64,000 bases of DNA, taken from assembly GCA_964574445.1 (NCBI GenBank), contig CAZNNQ010000001.1:18446-82445 (forward strand), given 5' to 3'. Origin of the DNA: an uncultured Eubacteriales bacterium. GTDB taxonomy: Bacteria; Bacillota; Peptococcia; Peptococcales; SKKY01. The notes under the pieces were generated by a model, which had not been told where the DNA came from, did not search any database, and was given only the letters and a program-made list of their open reading frames with translations. Both the position numbers and the translations under genes were made by a program. Shown in pieces: positions 1 through 9,776 of the stretch. How positions within the stretch are numbered: the stretch's first letter is position 1; every line of letters begins with the position of its first letter.

Positions 1-220
1 AAAGAGACTTAACAGTATCTGAAGGCTTTGCACCAGTATTTAACCATTTTTCAGCTTTCTCTGAATCTATTTCAACAATAGCAGGATCAACATTTGGGTT
101 ATAGTATCCGATTTCTTCAATAAATCTTCCATCTCTTGGAGCACGAGAATCAGCTACAACAACACGGTAAAAAGGTTTCTTTTTTGAACCCATTCTTTTT
201 AATCTGATTTTAGTTGCCAT
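1..220 (-). CDS. rpsP: 30S ribosomal protein S16 (C-terminal end runs off the window start)
   Basis: Reverse complement of 1-220 reads [42 protein letters not shown]..., with a GGAGG RBS upstream. Classical ffh-rpsP synteny. Confidence 0.9.
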   Translation of the reverse strand, partial: MATKIRLKRMGSKKKPFYRVVVADSRAPRDGRFIEEIGYYNPNVDPAIVEIDSEKAEKWLNTGAKPSDTVKSL

Positions 221-284
221 TTTTTGTCACCTCCTTAAAAATGTATCTTCCCGAAAATAATATTTTAATCTTTATTTTAATTTA

Positions 285-1631
285 CTAAATAAAGGGGAAT
301 TTAATTTTAGACTTACCTGACTTCTTTGCTTTAGTCATTTGTCCTGAAAGTTGCTTCATCATTTTTTGTGCTTCTGAAAATTGTTTAATCAATTTATTTA
401 TATCTTGCACTCTTGTTCCAGAACCGGAAGCAATCCTTTTTCTTCTACTACCATTTATAATAGAAGGGTTTCTTCTTTCAGCCATTGTCATAGATCTTAT
501 TATTGCTTGTGTTTTTGCCATTTCTTTTTCGTTTAATTGCATGTCACCCATTTTTGCTTTATTCATACCAGGGATCATTTCCATCATTTGGTCTAGTGGT
601 CCCATATTTTTCATTTGTTCCATTTGGTCAAGAAAATCTTCCAGAGTGAACTCTGCTTTCATCATTTTCTTTTCCATCTCTTTGGCTTTTTCTTGATCAA
701 AGGATGTTTGAGCTTTCTCAATAAGAGTAAGCATGTCACCCATACCTAGAATACGGGAGGCCATACGGTCAGGGTAAAAGGGCTCTAGGGCATCCATTTT
801 TTCTCCCATACCAGCAAATTTAATAGGTTTGCCTGTTACGGATTTTACAGAGAGTGCAGCTCCACCTCTAGTATCACCATCTAGTTTTGTAAGAACAACA
901 CCTGAAATGTCTAAAAGATTATTGAAATTTTCAGCTACATTAACTGCATCCTGACCTGTCATTGAATCTACTACTAGTAAAATTTCTTTTGGTGATACTT
1001 TTTCTTTTATATTTTTCAACTCATCCATCAAGGCTTCATCAATATGAAGTCTACCTGCAGTATCAATGATAACTATATCATTTCCATATTCTTTAGCATG
1101 TTCCACTGCTTTCTCGGATATTACAACCGGTGAAACTTCTGTTCCAAGGCTGAATACCGGGAGATCAAGTTGAGTTCCAAGCACTTCTAACTGTTTTATC
1201 GCTGCTGGCCTATAAACATCACAGGCTACCAATAAAGGTCTTCTTCCTTGTTTTCTTAAATGATTAGCTAGTTTTCCAGAAGAGGTAGTTTTACCAGAAC
1301 CCTGAAGACCTACCATCATAATTACTAAAGGTGTTTTACCCGAAAGATCTAATTTACTTACTGTTCCACCCATTAGATTTGTTAATTCATCATTTACTAT
1401 TTTTATTATTTGTTGCCCTGGAGTTAGACTTTCAAGAACATCCTGTCCAAGAGCTTTTTCATTTACATTCTTTACAAAATCTTTTACAACTTTGAAGTTA
1501 ACATCCGCTTCAAGAAGAGCAATTCTTACTTCTCTGAGAACTTCTTTAAGTTCCGTTTCAGAGATTTTTCCTCTTCCTTTAAGTTTTTTTATAACTCCTT
1601 GAAGTTTATCACTTAAGCCATCAAAAGCCAT
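285..1631 (-). CDS. ffh: Signal recognition particle protein Ffh
   Basis: 448 aa with the SRP54 N/G domain (GLQGSGKTT, DTAGR, TKLDGD) and a Met-rich M domain. Confidence 0.97.
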   Translation of the reverse strand: MAFDGLSDKLQGVIKKLKGRGKISETELKEVLREVRIALLEADVNFKVVKDFVKNVNEKALGQDVLESLTPGQQIIKIVNDELTNLMGGTVSKLDLSGKTPLVIMMVGLQGSGKTTSSGKLANHLRKQGRRPLLVACDVYRPAAIKQLEVLGTQLDLPVFSLGTEVSPVVISEKAVEHAKEYGNDIVIIDTAGRLHIDEALMDELKNIKEKVSPKEILLVVDSMTGQDAVNVAENFNNLLDISGVVLTKLDGDTRGGAALSVKSVTGKPIKFAGMGEKMDALEPFYPDRMASRILGMGDMLTLIEKAQTSFDQEKAKEMEKKMMKAEFTLEDFLDQMEQMKNMGPLDQMMEMIPGMNKAKMGDMQLNEKEMAKTQAIIRSMTMAERRNPSIINGSRRKRIASGSGTRVQDINKLIKQFSEAQKMMKQLSGQMTKAKKSGKSKIKFPFI

Positions 1632-1647
1632 TTAAACACCTACTTGT

Positions 1648-2004
1648 TTATAAATTATCGGAAATTTCTTCTATATAAGTTTTGATTGCATCTATTTGGT
1701 CAAAATCCTTAGTTTCTTGTATTTCAGAAAGAACATCCACCATTTTCTTTAAATCATCTTTCGTTGTTTGGATTCTTTTTATAAAACCTAGTTTTTCTTC
1801 TATTGAAAGAAGAATACTCTCTGTTCTTTTTAAATTATCATAAACAGCGTTTCTGGATATTTTTTCTTCTTCTGCTATTTCTGCAAGAGAATAATCCTCT
1901 TGATAATAGAGAATAAAGTGTGTTTTTTGTTTTTCTGTAAGCATAGCTCCGTAAATGTCATATAGTTCATTTAGAAGCTCTCTTTTTTCAATAATATCTG
2001 TCAT
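1648..2004 (-). CDS. ylxM: YlxM/UPF0122 putative helix-turn-helix protein
   Basis: 118 aa, sigma-70 region-4-like HTH (SLAEIAEEEKISRNAVYD), directly upstream of ffh as in other Firmicutes. Confidence 0.85.
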   Translation of the reverse strand: MTDIIEKRELLNELYDIYGAMLTEKQKTHFILYYQEDYSLAEIAEEEKISRNAVYDNLKRTESILLSIEEKLGFIKRIQTTKDDLKKMVDVLSEIQETKDFDQIDAIKTYIEEISDNL

Positions 2005-2086
2005 ATAATCACCACTTGTTAAGTACTTTTGCTTAACAGATAATAATATATTATATTTTGAGCTTCAAGTCAACATTTTTTTGTCA

Positions 2087-2656
2087 TTATTGTCTATATT
2101 CTATTCCTGTTTTAACTTTATTCGAAAGATCTTCATCAAAAAACTCTTTTATTATTTCAAGGGAGAGATCTATTCCAGAAGAAACACCTGCTGAAAGCCA
2201 GATCGTTTCATTTTTAACTATTTTCTCACTTAATATTTCAACACCATACTTTTCTTGAAGTTCTCCAATAGCATTTTTGTGGGTAATTCCTTTCTTACCT
2301 TCCAGTAAGCCTGCTTCACCAAGAAAGAATGCTCCAGTACATATACTGGCAATTAGTTTCAGGTTTGGATAAACTCGTTTTATGAAATTTATAACTACTG
2401 AAGATTCTGCCTCCTCAGCTCTACCTTTGCCACCTGGAATCAGTAAAATATCTAGATCGTCATCTTTTATTTCTGTTATTAGTTTGTCCGCATGAAATTT
2501 TAACCCATTATAAGCTTTAATTTCTTTCTGATCTCGACTTATTAACATTACCCCAACTTCATTCTTTCTGATTTTGTTAATATAGTTGAACACTTCAAAT
2601 GGTCCAATAAAATCTAATTCTTCAACATTGTCATAAACATAAATACCAATTTTCAT
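2087..2656 (-). CDS. DJ-1/PfpI (ThiJ) family protein
   Basis: 189 aa; type-1 glutamine amidotransferase-like fold with a nucleophile elbow (IASICTGAFFL). Confidence 0.8.
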   Translation of the reverse strand: MKIGIYVYDNVEELDFIGPFEVFNYINKIRKNEVGVMLISRDQKEIKAYNGLKFHADKLITEIKDDDLDILLIPGGKGRAEEAESSVVINFIKRVYPNLKLIASICTGAFFLGEAGLLEGKKGITHKNAIGELQEKYGVEILSEKIVKNETIWLSAGVSSGIDLSLEIIKEFFDEDLSNKVKTGIEYRQ

Positions 2657-2702
2657 TTTCTCAACCTCCTAGCATCATTAAACTTAATACCCTAAGACGG
2701 CT

Positions 2703-2741
2703 TAATAAAAACAAAAGCACTACTGAAAACCAGTAGTGCTT
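2703..2741 (-). terminator. Rho-independent terminator after terD
   Basis: Perfect 11-bp stem AAGCACTACTG/CAGTAGTGCTT (2715-2741), followed on the minus strand by TTTTGTTTTTATT. The stem overlaps the terD stop codon. Confidence 0.8.
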
Positions 2742-3306
2742 ACATTAATCCATGAAATATTACAATATCTCTTAAACCTTCCGGAAAACCAAGTCCTTCA
2801 GTTTTAAATTTCCATTCATCATTTTTTTTAAAAATCGATCCAATGATTATACCTGTTTCCATAGAAAACTCATTTTTTAAATCAAATCTTATTAACTCAT
2901 CATTTTTTTCATCATCAATTATCTTTAAATATGAGCTTTCTACCTGACCAAAATTTTGTTTCTTTTTTTCTCCTTCATGAATGCTTACAGCGAAAACAAT
3001 TTTATGGACCTCCGAAGGCAACTTATCAAGATAAACTATTATCTCTTCTTCCCCTTCTTCCCCCGTTTTATTATCACCTAAATGTAAAATTGAACCGGAT
3101 GGATCTTGTTTGTTGTTATAAAAAACAAAATGCTTGCTGCTTAATGCCAATCCTTCCAAATTACATAAAAATACAGAAGAATCAAAATCAAACTTGTTGT
3201 TATCCTCTTTTTTGATATCCCATCCTAGAGCAATTTTTATCTTTCTTAAACCAGGATTGTTTTTTGTAATATCAATTTCCTGACCCTTCAGTACTCTTAC
3301 TGCCAA
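2740..3306 (-). CDS. terD: TerD-family stress/tellurite-resistance domain protein
   Basis: TerD domain (VLKGQEIDITK..., GWD, FDFDSSVF, GDNKTGEGEGEE-like acidic Ca-binding loop). The ORF track starts at 3324. GGGAGGG then 8 nt then TTG at 3306 gives the typical MAVRVLKGQ N-terminus. Confidence 0.85.
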   Translation of the reverse strand: MAVRVLKGQEIDITKNNPGLRKIKIALGWDIKKEDNNKFDFDSSVFLCNLEGLALSSKHFVFYNNKQDPSGSILHLGDNKTGEEGEEEIIVYLDKLPSEVHKIVFAVSIHEGEKKKQNFGQVESSYLKIIDDEKNDELIRFDLKNEFSMETGIIIGSIFKKNDEWKFKTEGLGFPEGLRDIVIFHGLM

Positions 3307-3425
3307 ATTTATACCCTCCCACAAAGGTCCTAATTCATATGATCTGTATTCATTATAAATTATAGTAATTAAATATTATTCCCTAAATTAAGAAAATTTT
3401 GTAAATTTTAGCTTTTATCAGCTTA

Positions 3426-4175
3426 CTACCATAGAACCTTCCCAATACTGTCTTTACAATAAAAAATTGCTCCTAATATTAATAGTAAAAAGAAATAACT
3501 TATATCATTAATGTTCTCTGCAGTTTCTTTAAAAAAAGGACTATTTAAAGCCAATAAATTTAGAATAACCAAAAACAAATGATTAATAATAAAATAAATT
3601 AAAAAGAAAACTCCAAAAGCTATCGCTACCATTAAAAGATCTCTTGGATTATTAAGTAGATCTTTAACAAGAAAATGAGATAATACTTTCCCTCTCAAAT
3701 TTGATTCAGGAACAAAGGGGTTTGCCCATTTAGTTGAATCGTAACTATAATTCCGATTATCTCCCATAAAAAACAAATGATCTTCTGGAACAGTTATCGG
3801 ACCATAATCTAAAGAGGATTTTTCATATATATAAGGCTCTTCTTTAAGTTCTCCATTTAAGAAAAGTTCTCCTCCTCTAAGTTCTATTGTGTCTCCACCA
3901 ATACCGATTATTCTTTTTGTTAGATAGGCATTTTTTATTTTTTCATCTGCATTAAGCACAGGATCATCTGGGGGAAGGAAGGCTACGATATCCCCCCGGT
4001 TTACATCATTAAATAAATAGTAACTTTTAAATACTACAAGATGACTTCCAACGCTAACAGTTGGAACCATTGAAGATGTCGGAACATACATATGTGAAAA
4101 TAAAAAGCTGTTTGTAAATACAAATGCTATTAGCATTGGTAAAATAAATATTAATGTTGCCACAATCTTTTTCAA
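3426..4175 (-). CDS. lepB: Signal peptidase I with extra C-terminal transmembrane segments
   Basis: S26 motifs SSMVPT, GDIVAF, TKRIIGIGGD, GDNRNYSYDS. The last ~70 aa are hydrophobic (2-3 predicted TM segments). Confidence 0.85.
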   Translation of the reverse strand: MKKIVATLIFILPMLIAFVFTNSFLFSHMYVPTSSMVPTVSVGSHLVVFKSYYLFNDVNRGDIVAFLPPDDPVLNADEKIKNAYLTKRIIGIGGDTIELRGGELFLNGELKEEPYIYEKSSLDYGPITVPEDHLFFMGDNRNYSYDSTKWANPFVPESNLRGKVLSHFLVKDLLNNPRDLLMVAIAFGVFFLIYFIINHLFLVILNLLALNSPFFKETAENINDISYFFLLLILGAIFYCKDSIGKVLW

Positions 4176-4201
4176 AGTCCATCTCTTCCTTTATTCTTAG
4201 A

Positions 4202-5230
4202 TTAATAAGTAATGACTTCTTTGTCGATTTCAGTAGATAATAATTCTCTACTAGATTCCGGAAAAGATACAATATCAACAAAACCATCACTTACATATTT
4301 TTGTTCTGGATTATCTTCAAAATATTTTATCCACTTATCTAGATTATCTTCAAAAACCTGTACTCTTTCCAAAGCATCTTGGGGAAAATTTTTATTGAAG
4401 GGTGATGGTGCAGGTGTTGAACCAACCAATAGGACTCCAATATTTTCATAGGTTTGTCCTTGATACTCACCTCTTACAGACCATTCAGTTTCTTTGGTCC
4501 CAATTCCAAAGGGTAAAGCAAAAGTTTCAACTTCATATTCCGGAACTATATCTTTTACCATTTTTACAATTAAAGCAAGTTCCTTTGCTACCTCTTCTTG
4601 AGATAATGTGTTCATCTTTAAATGATTTACAGAATGATTTCCTATATCCATCCCTGATTCAATCACATGAGCAATTTTCTTTTTTGAAAGTTCCCCACCC
4701 TGGCCAAAGGGAGTGTAATAATTAAGAAAAAATGTTGCTTCCAAGCCAAAATCGGGATAATCTTTATAAAAATTTTCTAAAACCCCTACTCCAGACTTTG
4801 GATCAACAACCATTTCTCCAACTTCATTTTCTATATATCTGAACTGACCTGGAGTTCCGTCATCAAATGTGATTACTACAGGTGTTTTTCCTTCAGGGAT
4901 ATCAATATTTCCTCTAATCATGTCATTAAGGCTAACTGAAACATACCCTGCTTCATAAAGCTTTTCTAAATCTTTTCTAAAGCTAGAATAGCTTCTTGCC
5001 CAACGGCCATCTTCTTCTCCTATAACATGATATTCTATTATCATAATACGTCCTAATTCATTAGAACCAATTTCTTCTAATTTTAAAGGCGTTGGATTTT
5101 TTTCATTTTCTTGTACTACTTGAGGTGAATTATTGGTAACCTGAGATTCATCCTTTAGGTTTTCGCTCTGATTGTTACATCCAGTTAAAATAATTGAAAT
5201 AATTACTAATAACATTATATACTTTCTCAT
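4202..5230 (-). CDS. Polysaccharide deacetylase (CE4) family lipoprotein
   Basis: Lipobox LTGC near the N-terminus; NodB-type motifs ITFDDG and GNHSVNH. Confidence 0.8.
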   Translation of the reverse strand: MRKYIMLLVIISIILTGCNNQSENLKDESQVTNNSPQVVQENEKNPTPLKLEEIGSNELGRIMIIEYHVIGEEDGRWARSYSSFRKDLEKLYEAGYVSVSLNDMIRGNIDIPEGKTPVVITFDDGTPGQFRYIENEVGEMVVDPKSGVGVLENFYKDYPDFGLEATFFLNYYTPFGQGGELSKKKIAHVIESGMDIGNHSVNHLKMNTLSQEEVAKELALIVKMVKDIVPEYEVETFALPFGIGTKETEWSVRGEYQGQTYENIGVLLVGSTPAPSPFNKNFPQDALERVQVFEDNLDKWIKYFEDNPEQKYVSDGFVDIVSFPESSRELLSTEIDKEVITY

Positions 5231-5283
5231 TTATCCATTCCTCCATAAAATTGTAAATTTTTTAAAATTAAATCTTTGGACTT

Positions 5284-5311
5284 TAATAAAAAAGCAGCCT
5301 TTAAGGCTGCT
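5284..5311 (-). terminator. Rho-independent terminator after mazF
   Basis: AGCAGCC/GGCTGCT stem followed by a T-run on the minus strand (AGCAGCCTTAAAGGCTGCTTTTTTATT). Confidence 0.75.
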
Positions 5312-5336
5312 CTTATTAATATGTATGAAATATGTA

Positions 5337-5687
5337 TTATAACTCTATGAGGCCTAAGCTAATTTCTATTGCCTTATCTACTTTAGCCATTTGCCCTTTT
5401 TGTACCTGGCTAATCTTTTCTTTAAGTCTTCCCTTGTCTATTGTTCTCAACTGTTCCAAAAGGATTACTGAGTCTTTCAGTAATCCATTCTGTTTAGCTG
5501 AGATTTCAACATGGGTTGGAAGTTTAGCCTTTGATATTTTACTAGTTATCGCCGCTATGATAGTTGTTGGACTGTACTGATTTCCAATATCATTTTGAAT
5601 AACTAGAACTGGGCGTGTACCCCCTTGCTCAGAGCCGACCACTGGACTAAGGTCGGCCATATATATTTCTCCACGTTTTACGTTCAT
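5337..5687 (-). CDS. mazF: Type II toxin, MazF/EndoA (PemK) mRNA interferase
   Basis: 116 aa; [33 protein letters not shown]...[10 protein letters not shown] is near-canonical EndoA/MazF. Confidence 0.95.
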   Translation of the reverse strand: MNVKRGEIYMADLSPVVGSEQGGTRPVLVIQNDIGNQYSPTTIIAAITSKISKAKLPTHVEISAKQNGLLKDSVILLEQLRTIDKGRLKEKISQVQKGQMAKVDKAIEISLGLIEL

Positions 5688-5692
5688 CTTTT

Positions 5693-5962
5693 CTATTCTC
5701 CAAACACCTTGTCTAAGAGTTCTTGAACCTCATCCTCTAAACATAAGCCTTCACAGGCAATTGATAGATTGATACTGGCCATCTCTTGATAGCCTGAGAT
5801 CATTACATTCTTAATTTGATATCTTTCCTTTTCGTCAATGTAACTTCTCATGGCTGAGCCGACAATTTCTTTTTGAAAACTTGATACTACTTGTCTTCTC
5901 ACCTCTGGACTTGTTACAGCATTTCCATAATAAAATGTCATACTACTTTTACCTTTATCCAT
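5693..5962 (-). CDS. mazE: Type II antitoxin, MazE/EndoAI (RHH)
   Basis: 89 aa immediately upstream of mazF. The C-terminus ([19 protein letters not shown]) resembles B. subtilis EndoAI. Confidence 0.85.
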   Translation of the reverse strand: MDKGKSSMTFYYGNAVTSPEVRRQVVSSFQKEIVGSAMRSYIDEKERYQIKNVMISGYQEMASINLSIACEGLCLEDEVQELLDKVFGE

Positions 5963-6003
5963 TAGTGCACCTCCGGCTTGTCTTCATGTTCATTATCAAT
6001 GAC

Positions 6004-6032
6004 ATTATATAAATAAAGATAGTTTTGTGCAA
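6004..6032 (-). promoter_or_regulatory. Putative sigma-A promoter for mazEF
   Basis: Minus strand reads TTGCAC, 17 nt, TATAAT, about 40 nt upstream of the mazE start. Confidence 0.5.
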
Positions 6033-6043
6033 GGGTAAATAAA

Positions 6044-7174
6044 TTATTTAAGGTATTTCCTGGGAACTCTTTCAGAAATCATACAAACTACTTCATAATT
6101 TATAGTACCCAATTTTTCGGCAATGTCATCTGCACTCTCACCATTCTTGCCCCCGCCAATAAGTATTACCTCATCACCTTTTTTTACTTCTTCTAATCCA
6201 TTCAAATCTACCATACATTGATCCATGCAGATTTTTCCTAGGATATCCTTTTTTTCTCCTTTAATTAAAACCTGGCCTTTCCCAGTAAGAAGCCTTGTAT
6301 AACCATCAGCATATCCTATAGGAATTGTCCCAATAATTGTTTCCTTGGTTGTTTTAAATACCCCTCCATAACTAACAAGTGTTTCTTTAGGTACTCTTTC
6401 AACTCTTGAAAGCCTAGCCTTTAAAGTCATAGCTGGTATAAATTTATCATCTTCAAAATTTACCTCAGCAGAAGGTTTTAATCCATAAATAATTATTCCT
6501 GCTCTAACCATATTAAAATGAGCTTCTGGAATATCTAAAATAGCAGCACTGTTAGAAATATGCTTCCACGGAATCTCTTTTCCTGATTCTTCTTCTATTT
6601 TATTTACAAAATCCGAAAATATTTTTAACTGTTTTTTTGCATAAGATTTATCTTTTTCATCTGCTTTTGAAAGATGAGAAAATATTCCTTCTACAAATAT
6701 ATTCTCAAGATTCATAATCATAATTATTTCAGCTAAGTTCCTTATATTTGGAATATAACCTATTCTTGTCATTCCCGTATCAACTTTTATGTGTATTTTC
6801 CCTTGCACACCAATTTTTTTAGCAACATTATTTAATATTAAAGCTTCTTCATAGTCATATAGACAAATTGTTATATTATTTTCTAGACATTGAAGAAAAT
6901 CTTCAGGAGGAGTCCAACCAAGAATTAAGATGTCTTCTTTAAAGCCCGCTCTTCTGAGTTCTAAAGCTTCTTCTAAAATAGCTACTGCAAATATATCAAT
7001 GTTCTCTTCTTGAAGAGCTCTTGCAGTTTCTATAGCCCCATGACCATATGCATTAGCTTTGATTACCGCAACTATTCGTTTTTTTCCAACTTTCTTTTTA
7101 ATTTCTTTAATATTATTCTTTATAGCTTTTAAATCAATTTCCGCCCAAACAGGTCTGCTAAACAAAGTCCTCAT
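6044..7174 (-). CDS. alr: Alanine racemase
   Basis: 376 aa; PLP-lysine motif VIKANAYGHG; alr-mazE-mazF order as in B. subtilis alr-ndoAI-ndoA. Confidence 0.95.
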   Translation of the reverse strand: MRTLFSRPVWAEIDLKAIKNNIKEIKKKVGKKRIVAVIKANAYGHGAIETARALQEENIDIFAVAILEEALELRRAGFKEDILILGWTPPEDFLQCLENNITICLYDYEEALILNNVAKKIGVQGKIHIKVDTGMTRIGYIPNIRNLAEIIMIMNLENIFVEGIFSHLSKADEKDKSYAKKQLKIFSDFVNKIEEESGKEIPWKHISNSAAILDIPEAHFNMVRAGIIIYGLKPSAEVNFEDDKFIPAMTLKARLSRVERVPKETLVSYGGVFKTTKETIIGTIPIGYADGYTRLLTGKGQVLIKGEKKDILGKICMDQCMVDLNGLEEVKKGDEVILIGGGKNGESADDIAEKLGTINYEVVCMISERVPRKYLK

Positions 7175-8048
7175 CTCCTTGTAAACTTATTATTGCCCGT
7201 GGCAGGTAGGTAATTAGATCAGAAGCCATAACTGAATATTCAGTAAGATCCTTTGAGGCTAACTCACCACATTTTCCATGAAGATATGCAGAAATTAGCA
7301 TGCTCTGTAAAGCCCCTGTGCCCTGAGCTGCAAAGCCAGCTATAAAGCCTGACAATACATCTCCAGTTCCTCCCTTGCTGAGAGCTGAATTACCTTGAAC
7401 ATCAAGGTAAACATCCCCTTTAGGACTCGTAATTATAGTGTTTTTGCCTTTTAATAATAAAAAGACTCTATGTTCTACTGAAAATTCTGCTGCTAATTTT
7501 TCTTTATTTTCTACTATTTCTTCTATTGATAATCCTGTTAACCTTGAAAATTCTTTAGGATGAGGGGTCAATATAATGTCTCCTTGATTTTTTGCAAATA
7601 CCTTTTTATTGTCTTTTAAAAGGTTAATACCATCACCATCAATAATTAATATTTTCTTATTATTTGCTACTAAATCTACAACAGTATTTTCTAAATCTAT
7701 ATTTTTACCAACTCCACACCCAAAAACTGTAACATCGTGGTCTTCTATTTCCTTGCCAATTTCTTTATAAAGATCTTCAGGAAATGTGTTAAATAAACTT
7801 TCATGAATTGTTTTAACAATTACTTCTGGTATATCATTTTTTAAATAAGGAGCAAAACTTTTACCCGCATAGGACCTTACTAATCCAGCTCCAGCAATAT
7901 ATGCTCCTCTAGAAACAAGACGGGAAGCTCCTGGCATTTCCTCAGAGCCGCAAATTACTGCAACCTTGCCATAACTTCCCTTGTGACTATTTTCTATACG
8001 TTGGGGTAAAATCTTATTTATTAATTTTCTCTCAACTAAAATCATCAA
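7158..8048 (-). CDS. nnrD: ADP-dependent NAD(P)H-hydrate dehydratase (dehydratase domain only)
   Basis: 296 aa YjeF C-terminal/carbohydrate-kinase-like domain (HKGSYGKV, TPHPKEF, GGTGDVLSG). No YjeF-N epimerase domain is fused. Confidence 0.85.
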   Translation of the reverse strand: MMILVERKLINKILPQRIENSHKGSYGKVAVICGSEEMPGASRLVSRGAYIAGAGLVRSYAGKSFAPYLKNDIPEVIVKTIHESLFNTFPEDLYKEIGKEIEDHDVTVFGCGVGKNIDLENTVVDLVANNKKILIIDGDGINLLKDNKKVFAKNQGDIILTPHPKEFSRLTGLSIEEIVENKEKLAAEFSVEHRVFLLLKGKNTIITSPKGDVYLDVQGNSALSKGGTGDVLSGFIAGFAAQGTGALQSMLISAYLHGKCGELASKDLTEYSVMASDLITYLPRAIISLQGDEDFV

Positions 8049-8052
8049 AAGC

Positions 8053-8427
8053 TCACCCCTGAATGACTACAAAGGCAATTGATACATCTTTGCCATGACT
8101 TAGACTTAAATGAATTTCCTTTGCACCTAGTTTTTCAAATTCTATTAAGGCATTATTTTTTAATGAAACAACAGGCTTTCCTTGTTCATCATTTAATATT
8201 TCTATATCTTGAAAAGAACAATTAGTAAAGCCAGTACCCAAAGCCTTAACTAAAGCTTCCTTTCCAGCAAATCTTGCTGAAGCAGATTGATATTTACTAC
8301 CGCTAGAAAAACAATATTCATTTTCTTTTTTTGTAAGAATTCTTTCTAGAAACCTAGGGTTTTTTTCTGCAATCTTTTTAATTCGTTCTATTTCTATAAC
8401 ATCTGTACCAATTCCAAGAATTTTCAA
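8053..8427 (-). CDS. acpS: Holo-[acyl-carrier-protein] synthase
   Basis: 124 aa; MKILGIGTDVIEIERI..., FAGKEALVKALG, SLSH motifs. Confidence 0.95.
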   Translation of the reverse strand: MKILGIGTDVIEIERIKKIAEKNPRFLERILTKKENEYCFSSGSKYQSASARFAGKEALVKALGTGFTNCSFQDIEILNDEQGKPVVSLKNNALIEFEKLGAKEIHLSLSHGKDVSIAFVVIQG

Positions 8428-9770
8428 CTTAACTCTCCAAGAATTATATTTTTTAAATCTAACGCAATTTTATTTATTTCACTCTGATCGCTTCCCTCAA
8501 CCATAACTCTTATTAGATTTTCTGTTCCAGAAGCTCTTACTAAAATTCTGCCATCACTACCAAGTACCTTTTCATATTTCTTAATTTGTTCTTGGATAAT
8601 GTTGTTTTCTTCCCAACCATCTTTATTAGCGACTTTGGCATTTTCAAGAACTTGTGGATATTTAATAAAATCCTTAAAAAGTTCTTCTGTACTCTTCCCT
8701 GTTTCTTGTAGTAAACGAAGAAAAACAAGAGCTGTTAAAATTCCATCTCCCGTTGTATTGTAATCTAAGAAAATTAAATGTCCTGATTGTTCTCCACCAA
8801 ATGAACCATTATTTTTTTTCATTTCTTCAAGAACATAACGGTCTCCAACTTTAGCCTCAATAAAATCTATTCCCAATTTTCCTAAATATTTTTTTAACCC
8901 AAGGTTGCTCATAACTGTTCCAACAACAAGATTGTTTTTTAACAATCCTTTAGTTTTCAAATCCTTTGAAACAATTGCCATTATCATATCTCCGTCAATT
9001 TCACTTCCATTATGATCAACAAATAAGACTCTGTCAGAATCTCCATCATGGGCTATACCAACATCAGCTTTTCTATTAAGTACTTCTTCTTTTAAGTTTT
9101 CAAGATGAGTAGATCCACAATTTAAATTTATATTTTTCCCATCTGGTTTATTATTTATAGCTATATAATTACATCCATTTGCCTTTAAGATTTCTGGCAT
9201 AATTTCTGAAGCAGAACCGTTAGCACAATCAACAATTATTTTTAAATCTCCTGTATTTAAAGGAAACTCTTCTAATAAAAAGTTTTTATAATGGTCTAAC
9301 AATTCTTTGCCTGAATATATCCTACCAGTATTATCCCCTGAAACACCGGAGATTGATTCTGTTTTCCCTTCCAGAATAAAGTTTTCGATAATTTCCTCTG
9401 TTTGATCTGGAAGTTTAAAACCATTACTATCAAAAAATTTAATACCATTATCAATTGCCGGGTTATGAGATGCTGAAATCATTACACCAGAGATATAATC
9501 TAAATTTTTGGTTAAGTAGGCTACTGCTGGAGTTGGACAAACACCTAGTAAGTATACGTCAACTCCCATGGAGCAGATGCCTGCTGCAATAGATGCTTCT
9601 AGCATATCCCCTGAAATGCGTGTATCTTTACCAATAATTATTCCTTTGTTTTTATGTTCCGTACCCTTTAAGACATAAGCTGCCGCTTTACCTAATTTAA
9701 AAGCCAAGTCTGATGTAAGATAAGTATTTGCTTCTCCTCTAACACCATCTGTACCAAATAATTTTCCCAT
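8424..9770 (-). CDS. glmM: Phosphoglucosamine mutase
   Basis: 448 aa; MGKLFGTDGVRG, active-site SASHNP, GDGDSDR, GGEQSGH. Confidence 0.97.
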   Translation of the reverse strand: MGKLFGTDGVRGEANTYLTSDLAFKLGKAAAYVLKGTEHKNKGIIIGKDTRISGDMLEASIAAGICSMGVDVYLLGVCPTPAVAYLTKNLDYISGVMISASHNPAIDNGIKFFDSNGFKLPDQTEEIIENFILEGKTESISGVSGDNTGRIYSGKELLDHYKNFLLEEFPLNTGDLKIIVDCANGSASEIMPEILKANGCNYIAINNKPDGKNINLNCGSTHLENLKEEVLNRKADVGIAHDGDSDRVLFVDHNGSEIDGDMIMAIVSKDLKTKGLLKNNLVVGTVMSNLGLKKYLGKLGIDFIEAKVGDRYVLEEMKKNNGSFGGEQSGHLIFLDYNTTGDGILTALVFLRLLQETGKSTEELFKDFIKYPQVLENAKVANKDGWEENNIIQEQIKKYEKVLGSDGRILVRASGTENLIRVMVEGSDQSEINKIALDLKNIILGELS

Positions 9771-9776
9771 TTTATT

